DNA of 61,811 nt. Source: Planctomycetaceae bacterium. Lineage in GTDB: Bacteria; Planctomycetota; Planctomycetia; Pirellulales; UBA1268. The stretch is taken from positions 1 through 61,811 of the forward strand of contig SXWA01000004.1 of the NCBI GenBank assembly GCA_005791575.1. Reading direction: 5' to 3'. Made by a program: the position numbers and the translations under genes. Below, one piece after another: positions 1 to 7,912 of the stretch; within the stretch, counting starts at the first letter, position 1; each line of letters starts with the position of its first letter. Below the pieces are notes generated by a model. The model did not search any database. It saw only the letters and a list, made by a program, of their open reading frames with translations, and was not told the origin of the DNA.

Positions 1-242
1 CCGTGGCCAAAGTCCATCCATGGCCTTTGGCCACTCGAAAAGCTGCGCTTTTCACGGGAGCTGCGCTCCCGGCACCTCATCCATGAGGTGCAGCAGGCTG
101 TTTGGCCACAGCCTGTTAGCAGCCCGTGGCCAAAGTCCATCCATGGCCTTTGGCCACTCGAAAAGCTGCGCTTTTCACGGGAGCTGCGCTCCCGGCACCT
201 CATCCATGAGGTGCAGCAGGCTGTTTGGCCACAGCCTGTTAG
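1..242 (+). mobile_element. Two head-to-tail copies of a 119-bp MITE (first copy truncated by window edge), period 123 bp
   Basis: 1-119 is repeated exactly at 124-242. The full copy (120-238) has TIRs CAGCCCGTGGCCAAA / TTTGGCCACAGCCTG and is flanked by TTAG (116-119, 239-242). Confidence 0.85.
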
Positions 243-577
243 GCCTCGGGAGCAGGGGGCGGCACTGTGCAGGCGGACGGTGGCGAAGGGGACTGTGGCG
301 GGGGAGTACACGGCCCGCCCGCTCAACGGTATCCGGGCGACGGCCCCGGATCTCCACGAACGCTCGGTGCCGACCCTCGCCGCGCTCCCCGAGCCGGCGG
401 CCGGCGACGTTCCATGTTCCATGTCGGGTCGCCGACGATCCCGTCATGATGCCCGACTTCAACACGACCGTGACGACGACCCTCGGCATCGACCCCGCGG
501 CCCGCGAGCAATCGCCGTCGGGCCGCCCCTTCACGATCGCCGGTGACGGGAGACCGGTGCCCGACCTGTTCGCGTGA
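243..577 (+). pseudogene. Remnant of a DUF1501-family (planctomycete) gene
   Basis: The C-terminus VADDPVMMPDFNTTVTTTLGIDP...SPSGRPFTIAGDGRPVPDLFA* resembles DUF1501 C-termini. The upstream part is in a different frame and much too short. Confidence 0.55.
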
Positions 578-744
578 GGCTGCCCGCGCCGCGGGCCCGC
601 TGGCAGCCTCGACTGCTCGCCGGAACTGCCACACGCCCGTCTCCCGCACCCTCCGCGGTTGAGAAGGCCTCTCCGATGTATGCTCGGGCCGAGTGAACCC
701 GCCATTTCCGCGGATCCTCCGCGCCTTGGCAGCACTACCCGACC

Positions 745-1683
745 ATGAGCCCTGACCCCACACCACCTTCTCCCGCGGCCGACGCCACGCCATCGTCATC
801 CGGCCGGCGGTTCCGGGTGGCGCTGAGCTTCCCGGGGTCGAAGCGCGACCGGGTCGAGCCGATCGCCGCGGCGCTCGCCTGCACGCTCGGAGAGGACTGG
901 GTTCTCTACGATCGCTACCACGAGGCTGAGTTCGCCCGGCCAAATCTCGACGTCTATCTTCCGCAACTTTACCGGACACAATCCGATCTGATCGTCGTGA
1001 TCCTCTGCCCGCAATACGCGGAGCGGCGCTGGTGTGGGCTCGAGCTGCGGCACATCCGCCAACTGCTCGGCACGCCCGAAGAAGCGCGGATCATGTTCCT
1101 GAGCTTCGGAGACCCGGGCGATCTCACCGCCACCGGCGTTCTCGCGGGCGATGGCTACGTGGACATCGAGCGCCGGTCTCCCGCGGAGGCCGCCGCCTTG
1201 ATCCTCGAGCGGCTCGGGCAGGAGATTCCGCGGAAGGAACGGCCTCCTCCTCCGGACCCCCGGCCGCCGAAGCTCCGGCTGCAGCGCCCAGCTGGGATGC
1301 TCACCCTCGCGGCGGGGCTCGGGATCGCCGCGGCGGCCTGGGGCATGGCGGCGTGGCGAGCGCATGTCTGCGCCGGGCTCTCCCGGCTGGGCTTCCATGT
1401 GCTCGCTTGCGAGACGAGCCTCGAGGCCGAGCGCATCGCCGCGCTGCACCCTGCCGCACACTTCGCCGCGCCGCCGGCCCTCCCGGCCGAAGATGGGCCA
1501 CGCTCGGAAAAGTGGCTCGTGGAGAACAGGAGCCACCGGCCGGTGGGAGTGTTGTTTGGAAAGCTGCGGGCTGCCGGCAGCGGCACACGGGAGGCCGACT
1601 CGTGGGAGAAGCTCACGATTCCCGCCGAGAAAGTCACGGAATGGTCCACGGGGGAGGAGCCCGCCGGTCGTTCCGGAGTGTGA
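745..1683 (+). CDS. TIR-domain (TIR_2-like) protein with one TM helix and a C-terminal extracytoplasmic domain; frame continues past the TGA to a TAG at 1878
   Basis: FRVALSFPG..., VLYDRY, LYRTQSDLIVVILCPQYAERRWCGLE (catalytic-type Glu codon 1042-1044), Pro-rich linker, hydrophobic AGMLTLAAGLGIAAAAWGMAAW. Confidence 0.85.
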   Translation: MSPDPTPPSPAADATPSSSGRRFRVALSFPGSKRDRVEPIAAALACTLGEDWVLYDRYHEAEFARPNLDVYLPQLYRTQSDLIVVILCPQYAERRWCGLELRHIRQLLGTPEEARIMFLSFGDPGDLTATGVLAGDGYVDIERRSPAEAAALILERLGQEIPRKERPPPPDPRPPKLRLQRPAGMLTLAAGLGIAAAAWGMAAWRAHVCAGLSRLGFHVLACETSLEAERIAALHPAAHFAAPPALPAEDGPRSEKWLVENRSHRPVGVLFGKLRAAGSGTREADSWEKLTIPAEKVTEWSTGEEPAGRSGV

Positions 1684-1892
1684 GTCGTCGCGGTCTACGA
1701 CCCCGCCGATCCGTGGACGCTGCTCGCGCCGCTACGGCCGCTGCGGCTGCTCTTCCGCACCGCCGCCGAGCAGGAGGGCCACGCCGACGTCAGTGCCCTG
1801 TCGCTCATCATCCAGGAGGGTGGCGGCTCCTCTCCGCTGGACATCCACCAGGATCCCGAACTTCGCATCACGCCCTAGTGAGAAACCACGTC

Positions 1893-2939
1893 ATGAGTGC
1901 CGTTCCTTCGTCGACCGGGCGAAAGCCTTCTCGCCTCCGCTGCGCGGCGGCCTGGCTCACGTGCTGCGGCTTCTCGGTGCCGATGGCGGCCGTCGCCCTG
2001 GAGCCCTTCATGCTCCGCAACGACGTTGGGGAGACGGCGCGGTTCGACTTCCTCGACACCGGCCTCGACTGGCGGGAGAGGCGACCGCTCGTGCCGCCGA
2101 AGTGGGTGCAGCCGGGACGGCAGGCGGAGGTGAGCCTTCCCGACCGTGACACCGTGGCTTTCCGGTACACGACGCTGAACAACCGGGCGAGCAGCACGAT
2201 TCTCTGGCAGGCGCAGCAGGCGTTGGCGTCGATCAACCCGAAGCCCGTGACGGTGACCTTCAAGGGGATCAGCGAGCGGATGGTGACCGAGGAGCGCACG
2301 CGGACGATGTCGGTGACGAAACAGGTGCCCGAGACCCGCACGAAAAAGGTCACCGTCACGAAGTACCGCGACGAGCAGCGGGTGCGGAAGATCGCCGTCC
2401 GCGACCCGGCCACGGGCCGGGTGACGTATCGCGACGAGCGGTACACCGTTCGTGTGCCCTACACGGAGGAGGTGGAGCAGACGTTCACGGTCAACGTGCC
2501 GGTCATGGAGCAGAAAACGCAGACCTACACCGTGCAGGTGCCGAGGTCCGAAGCCGTCTTCGACATCGGTGGCACGGCCGTCACCGCACCCGTGCTTTCC
2601 GCCGCGGGGGGGGACGGGCCGCGACTCATTCTGGGGGTGACACTCGGCGATGTGAATGGCGCACTCGTGACGGGAGTGGACGCCGGGTCTCCCGCCACCC
2701 GCATGAGGCTCTTCGGCCCGGATGCGGACGAAAACAAGCGTTACGCACTCGAGCCGAACGTCGATCGGATCGTGCGGATCAACGGGTCCGCCGTACGGAC
2801 GGGTGCCGAGGTCGCCGCCGCGGTGCAGAAATCGCCCGCGTCGTGCATCGTCACGGTGTCCAATCGGACGGGCGAGGAGACGTTCGAGGTCGAACTCGAG
2901 CCGGCGGCGGAGAACGACGCGCCGGCCCCCGGAAAGTGA
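1893..2939 (+). CDS. Secreted protein with YTV-like repeats and a C-terminal PDZ-like domain
   Basis: Signal-peptide-like N-terminus; T/V/K/E-rich repeats (RYTVRVPYTEEVEQTFTV, QTYTVQVP); PDZ-like LILGVTL...GALVTGVDAGSPA...DRIVRING. The ATG at 1893 is in frame with ORF 1032-2939. Confidence 0.7.
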   Translation: MSAVPSSTGRKPSRLRCAAAWLTCCGFSVPMAAVALEPFMLRNDVGETARFDFLDTGLDWRERRPLVPPKWVQPGRQAEVSLPDRDTVAFRYTTLNNRASSTILWQAQQALASINPKPVTVTFKGISERMVTEERTRTMSVTKQVPETRTKKVTVTKYRDEQRVRKIAVRDPATGRVTYRDERYTVRVPYTEEVEQTFTVNVPVMEQKTQTYTVQVPRSEAVFDIGGTAVTAPVLSAAGGDGPRLILGVTLGDVNGALVTGVDAGSPATRMRLFGPDADENKRYALEPNVDRIVRINGSAVRTGAEVAAAVQKSPASCIVTVSNRTGEETFEVELEPAAENDAPAPGK

Positions 2940-3178
2940 TCGGTCCCACGACGACGTCGGCATCCAGGAGGCTGACGACATGCCTGGTGTGGCCTCGGGA
3001 TGGACATCCCCGATCGACGGGAAGTCGTGCAGCGAGAGGCAGCCGGCCTCCCCCTGCGACGGCTTGCCGAGCATCAGGACCGCGGCGGGATTTTCTGTCG
3101 TCGCATCGTGATGCCCTACGCCCACGTCGCCGTCCGGATCGTCGACGACATCGTGAAACGCCCGGGAGTCTATCAGTG

Positions 3179-4924
3179 ATGGCACGAGGAAATCTGGTGG
3201 GGGTGAGGGTCTGCCTGAGTGCGTCGCTCGCCGATGACATGCGGCCCGCGCCGCGAACCGACACGGCCGAGTTCATCGCGCAACTCGCCCGCGCCGTCTT
3301 CCGCGAAGGGGGACACGTCGTGCACGGGAGCCATCCGTCGATCGTGCCACTCCTCGCCGCGGTGGCCAAGGAGACGTTTCCCGACGGCGGGGCGACGAGC
3401 CGGCTCACGCTCGTCCGGGCAGCGACGTTTTCCGGCGAGCAGTATGCCGGCGCCATCGAAGCCGATCGGGCCTTCGCCCGGGTCGAACTGATCCCAGCCG
3501 CGACGCCCGCGGAGGAGGACGCCGCCCGCGCCGAAATTCGCGACCTGGTGCCGATGCGCGACTGGATGGCCGACCGGTGCGACGTCGTCGTGGCGCTCGG
3601 GGGACGATGGTTCGACCGGGATGCCGAGCGGGCGGGAATACCGATCGAGATCGACGCCTTTCTCGAACGCGGCAAGCCGGCCTTCGTGATCACCGCGTGC
3701 GGTGGTGCGGCGGCGGGATACGCGGAGGCCGATCCCGGGCTCTCCGGCCGGCTCCACAACGGCCTCGACGCCACCGCGAACCGGGCCCTCGACAGCGAAC
3801 TCGCCGACGAGTCCTGCCAGCCGGCCGCGGCGGCCGGGGTCGCGGAGAAGATCGTGAAGCAGATCGGGCTGCTACCACTGCCAAGCCGCCGGATTCAGGT
3901 GCGGTCCACGGCCGCGGCCCCACCGCGCAGCAGGTCCGTGAGGGCCGCAATCTCCGGCACGGCGCCTGAGCCGCCCCCGCGTGACACCTTCCGCATCCTC
4001 TGCCTCGACGGCGGCGGGATCCGCGGGGCGTTCACGGCGGCGGTCCTCGCGACCTGGGCCGACATGCTCCCGAAGACGGCGGGGCAGCCGCTGTTCGTCG
4101 ATCGATTCGACCTCGTGGCCGGGACGTCGACTGGCAGCATCCTCGCCGTCGGGCTGGCACTCGGGCTCACGCCGGGGGAATTGGTCGAGCTTTACCGGGA
4201 GCATGCCGAGAAGATTTTTCCGCGGAAGAGCGGACTGTCGATCGTGTTCTCGAGGAAATACGACTCCGCGCCGCTCCGCGCGGCGCTCGAGACCTACCTC
4301 GGCGACAAGGTGTTTACCGAGGCGAAACGCCCGCTCGTGATCCCGACCGTGTCGGCCGTCCACGGGGAGGCGGTGCTGATCACCACACCGCACTCCCCGG
4401 ATCGCACCGCACACCGCGACATGAAGGCCGTCGAGGCAATCCTGGCTTCGGCAGCGGCTCCCGCTTTTTTCGCCGATGCCAACGTGGACGGGCCGATCGC
4501 GAGCGGCACGTACATCGATGGCGGCATGTGGGCCAACAACCCCGTGCTGCCGGCCATCATCGAGGCGATCGGGTATCTCGGCACCACCGCCGACCGGATC
4601 GACATCCTCAGCCTGGGCACGATGGCCACGGAATACGACTTCAGCAAGGCGCTCGGTGGGGGGTTGGCCCAGTGGGGGCCGCGGATTTCCGACCTGTTCT
4701 TCGCGGCCCAGGAGACGGGCGCCGCCGAGATGGCCCGGACTTTCCTCGGCGATGCGCGGCTCCTGCGGATCAACGACTTCACCAAGAACCTCCCCACCCT
4801 CGACGACGCGCAGGCCGTCTCCGCCCTCGTCGAACGCGGCCAGCAGATCGGCCGGAAGACCTTCCCCTCCGTCCGCAGCCGGTTCCTGGAGGGGCCGCCG
4901 GCCCCGGCATCGGCGATGCACTGA
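3179..4924 (+). CDS. SLOG domain fused to a patatin-like (CapV-like) phospholipase
   Basis: N-half: VCLSAS, GGHVVHGSHPSI, MRDWM..CDVVVALGG, GIPIEI, GKPAFVITACGGAA (SLOG). C-half: DGGGIRG, GTSTG, DGGMWANNP (intact patatin motifs). Confidence 0.85.
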   Translation: MARGNLVGVRVCLSASLADDMRPAPRTDTAEFIAQLARAVFREGGHVVHGSHPSIVPLLAAVAKETFPDGGATSRLTLVRAATFSGEQYAGAIEADRAFARVELIPAATPAEEDAARAEIRDLVPMRDWMADRCDVVVALGGRWFDRDAERAGIPIEIDAFLERGKPAFVITACGGAAAGYAEADPGLSGRLHNGLDATANRALDSELADESCQPAAAAGVAEKIVKQIGLLPLPSRRIQVRSTAAAPPRSRSVRAAISGTAPEPPPRDTFRILCLDGGGIRGAFTAAVLATWADMLPKTAGQPLFVDRFDLVAGTSTGSILAVGLALGLTPGELVELYREHAEKIFPRKSGLSIVFSRKYDSAPLRAALETYLGDKVFTEAKRPLVIPTVSAVHGEAVLITTPHSPDRTAHRDMKAVEAILASAAAPAFFADANVDGPIASGTYIDGGMWANNPVLPAIIEAIGYLGTTADRIDILSLGTMATEYDFSKALGGGLAQWGPRISDLFFAAQETGAAEMARTFLGDARLLRINDFTKNLPTLDDAQAVSALVERGQQIGRKTFPSVRSRFLEGPPAPASAMH

Positions 4925-5058
4925 TCATCGGGCGCCGCCGCCACGCGCTTCTACGGGACGCGTGGCGGCGGGCGACTCGCTGGCGAGCCGCCTGTACAGG
5001 GCGGGGGCCCGCAGTTCGCGGAGCCAGAAGCCCACGGCGGCCGGGCGTCGCCCACCGC

Positions 5059-5976
5059 TCACTCCAGGTGCAGCGGCTCGGGCATGAAGGTGACCAGCGG
5101 GATGACGAGCGAACAGAGCCCGAGCACCGTCCGGAAGCGGTCGAGCGACTGCCCCTCCTCGCGGATCGGCGGATGGTCGGCACCGATCACGGTCACCAGC
5201 ACCACCATGATGATCCAGTTGTAGCGGCCGAGGAACACGATCCCGGCGATCGACGCGCAGAGCAGGCTCCGCGCCAACCAGTTGGCCCGCGGGCCGAACA
5301 GGGCATACACCACATGCCCGCCGTCGAGTTGGCTGATCGGGATCATGTTGAGGCCGGTGACGAGCAAGCCCACCCAGCCGGCCATGTAGAGCGGGTTCGG
5401 CGCGATGCCGCCGCCGGAGAGGAGGTCGGGCCGGACCAGTGCCATCAGCCAGCGGGCCAGCGGCGGCATCGCGAAGAGCGGATCACTGCTCGGGGTGCCG
5501 AGCACCATGCCCGCCACCAGCGCCGGCACCGCGAGGACGAGCCCCGCCAGCGGACCCGCGATGGCGATGTCGAAGAGTTGGCGGCGGTTCGCCCGCGACC
5601 CCTCCATGCCGATCACCGCGCCGAGCGTGCCGGTGAGCATCACCGGCACGGGGAGGAAGAACGGGAGCGTCGCGGGGATCCGGTGGATGCCTGCGGCGAC
5701 GAAGTGACCAGCCTCGTGGGCGCCGAGCACCGCCAGCACCGCCAGCATGTAGGCCAGCCCCCGGCCCCAATGCAGCGGCACCTGCGCCGCAAGGTCGGCG
5801 TCGACCCCCAGCACGAGCGGCTGCCAGCCCACCACCCCGGCGGCGAAGGTCGTGGCTGCAGTCGCCAGCCAGAGCAGCGCCTGCCACGGCACCCGGGGCC
5901 ACCGCCACCTCCCCGGGAGCACGATCAACGGGTCGATCGCCGGCAACGGGTCGATGGCGGGTGGGGAGGAAGCCAT
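5059..5976 (-). CDS. Site-2 protease (M50 family) intramembrane metalloprotease
   Basis: HEAGH, IAIAGPLAG and NMIPISQLDGGH motifs; several TM helices. Confidence 0.9.
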   Translation of the reverse strand: MASSPPAIDPLPAIDPLIVLPGRWRWPRVPWQALLWLATAATTFAAGVVGWQPLVLGVDADLAAQVPLHWGRGLAYMLAVLAVLGAHEAGHFVAAGIHRIPATLPFFLPVPVMLTGTLGAVIGMEGSRANRRQLFDIAIAGPLAGLVLAVPALVAGMVLGTPSSDPLFAMPPLARWLMALVRPDLLSGGGIAPNPLYMAGWVGLLVTGLNMIPISQLDGGHVVYALFGPRANWLARSLLCASIAGIVFLGRYNWIIMVVLVTVIGADHPPIREEGQSLDRFRTVLGLCSLVIPLVTFMPEPLHLE

Positions 5977-5997
5977 GGTTGTCAGAATACTGCTTAG

Positions 5998-6116
5998 CAG
6001 GCTGTGGACAAACAGCCTGCTGCACCTCATGGATGAGGTGCCGGGAGCGAAACTCCCGTGAAAACCGCAGGTTTTCGTGTGGCCAAAGGCCAGGGATGGA
6101 CTTTGGCCACGGGCTG
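5998..6116 (-). mobile_element. 119-bp MITE copy
   Basis: Reverse-complement homologue of 120-238, flanked by TTAG (5994-5997 and 6117-6120), in a divergent intergenic region. Confidence 0.85.
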
Positions 6117-6185
6117 TTAGCGCGGGGGGTGGTAAACTACTGGCCCTTCTCCGCTGAGACCCTCCAGAATTTTCGGAGCTTCCTG

Positions 6186-7835
6186 ATGCCCAGCCTCCGC
6201 GCAATGTTCCCGTGTTCTGCCCTGCTCCCGTGCCTCGCGATCGCCACGCTGCTGCCGGCGGCCGTGGCACCGGCGGCGCGGGCCCAGGAACCCCGCCAGC
6301 GCGAGGTGATCGCCGTCATCGCGCTCGACAGCTACGGCGACGTGAAAAAACAGCTCTCGTGGCTCGGTCCGCACCTCGACAACCCCAATCTCGCCGGCTT
6401 CCTCGAATCGTCGCTCCTCCTCGCGACCCAGGGCCGGGGGCTCGCCGGGCTCGACGTCCGGCGCCCGATCGGCGTGGTGGTGACCAGCGACGGAGCCGAC
6501 ATCGCCGCCCACGGCATGCTCCCGGTGAAGGACCTCGACAAGCTCCTCGATTCGCTCCAGGGGGTGACCGGGCGGGTGGAGAAGTCGGGAGAGCGGCGGC
6601 GTCTGTCCCTCAACGGCGGCATGGACGTGGACGTTGTCGAGCGTGAGGGATGGGCGATCATCGGCCAGGCCGGCAGCCAGGCCCCTGCGGCCGATCCGCT
6701 CGCCATCCTCGAGCCGCTCGCCGGGGAATACTCCCTCGTCATCAAGGCGTTCCCCAGCCGGCTTCCCGAGGGAATCAAGGCGCTGCTGCAAAACGCGCTG
6801 CGCCAACTCGCGCAGTCGGCCGCCGCCGAGGGCCGCGCGGTCGATGCCGATGCCCTTGCGGCCGCCATCGACGGGATCGGCGGCCTCGAGTCGCTCCTCG
6901 TCGGCCTGGGGATCGACGATGGGAAGAACCGGATCTTCCTCGAGAACCGTGCCGTGGCACTGACCGGCAATGAGGCTGCGGGAACAGGGCCACTCACCGT
7001 GGGCCGCGTGCCGACTGCCGACGGTGGTCCCGCCGCCGTGCGGGCCGAGATGGCGCAGTCGCTCTCCGACTCTGAGCAGCGCCGTGTGCTGGCGCTGCTC
7101 GACGGGGCCTTGCCGGGCGCCGATGCCGACCAGGCGGGGCGGATCATCGGCGGTGTCGTCCGCGCCATCGCCAGGGCCATGGTCAGTTCGGGGGCGATCG
7201 ACGGGGCGCTGACGCTCGACACGTCGGCGAAGGAACGGGGGCCAACCCTCTCGGCGGGGATGCGGGTCAAGGACGGCGCGGCGCTCGAGAAGCAGGTGAA
7301 GGAACTGCTCGGTCCCGGTGCCGGCCTGCCGGGATCGGTGGACGTGCGGTTCGACGCCGGCAAGGCGGGCGATGCCAACCTCCACACCGTGGCGGTCGAT
7401 CTCGGCGGCACGCCGGGGTCGGAGATGCTCGGCCGCCCGCTCGCATTCACCCTCGCCGTCGCCCCCGGCTACGCCTACCTGCTCGAGGGTGGCGACGCGA
7501 AGAGCCGCCTCGCCGACCTGCAGAAGGGGACCGGACGACCGGTGAGCGGTGCCCCGAGTGGCGTGACGCTCAAAGTCGCCCTCGACGAATTGCTCTCCTT
7601 CGCCGCCACGAAGGCGGGCGGGGAGATGGCGAACAAGGCGGCGGCGCGTGCCGCCAGCCTCCTCGATACCGATGCCGAGTCGGCCCTCGTGCAGCTGGCG
7701 ATCAGTCCGATCGACCGCGGCGTGGCGACCCGGCTGTCGCTCGGCGCCGGGGTGCTGCGCGGTCTGGCCACGCTCTCGAGCGAGGCCGCGGCGGCGGGGA
7801 TCGGACTGCCGGTGCCGGATGGGCTCGGTCGCTGA
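6186..7835 (+). CDS. Secreted/periplasmic hypothetical protein
   Basis: Long ORF with GC3-rich codons and a signal peptide ending in ARA-Q. Confidence 0.75.
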   Translation: MPSLRAMFPCSALLPCLAIATLLPAAVAPAARAQEPRQREVIAVIALDSYGDVKKQLSWLGPHLDNPNLAGFLESSLLLATQGRGLAGLDVRRPIGVVVTSDGADIAAHGMLPVKDLDKLLDSLQGVTGRVEKSGERRRLSLNGGMDVDVVEREGWAIIGQAGSQAPAADPLAILEPLAGEYSLVIKAFPSRLPEGIKALLQNALRQLAQSAAAEGRAVDADALAAAIDGIGGLESLLVGLGIDDGKNRIFLENRAVALTGNEAAGTGPLTVGRVPTADGGPAAVRAEMAQSLSDSEQRRVLALLDGALPGADADQAGRIIGGVVRAIARAMVSSGAIDGALTLDTSAKERGPTLSAGMRVKDGAALEKQVKELLGPGAGLPGSVDVRFDAGKAGDANLHTVAVDLGGTPGSEMLGRPLAFTLAVAPGYAYLLEGGDAKSRLADLQKGTGRPVSGAPSGVTLKVALDELLSFAATKAGGEMANKAAARAASLLDTDAESALVQLAISPIDRGVATRLSLGAGVLRGLATLSSEAAAAGIGLPVPDGLGR

Positions 7836-7912
7836 AATGACGCCTCGCCCCGCCCCCCAGCCCTCGCCCCGCCCCAGGGCCGGATGCACGCCCTCTCGAG
7901 GATGCACTTCCG

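Noticed and set aside
1-242. CRISPR array
   Set aside because: The repeat unit is 123 bp with no unique spacers, no cas genes are present, and dispersed copies with TIRs indicate a MITE.
1681-1683. Selenocysteine recoding of the TIR TGA
   Set aside because: There is no redox-motif context and no convincing SECIS-like hairpin by eye. A Trp-to-stop change is simpler.
3179-4924. Canonical CBASS (CapV) operon
   Set aside because: No CD-NTase, Cap2/Cap3 or HORMA/TRIP13 genes are recognisable nearby, and the patatin carries its own SLOG domain.
5961-6270. Long N-terminal extensions of ORFs 5961-7835, 5059-6270, 17996-19480 and 17602-18402
   Set aside because: They arise because the MITE has open frames. 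Better starts with signal peptides or homology begin beyond the element.
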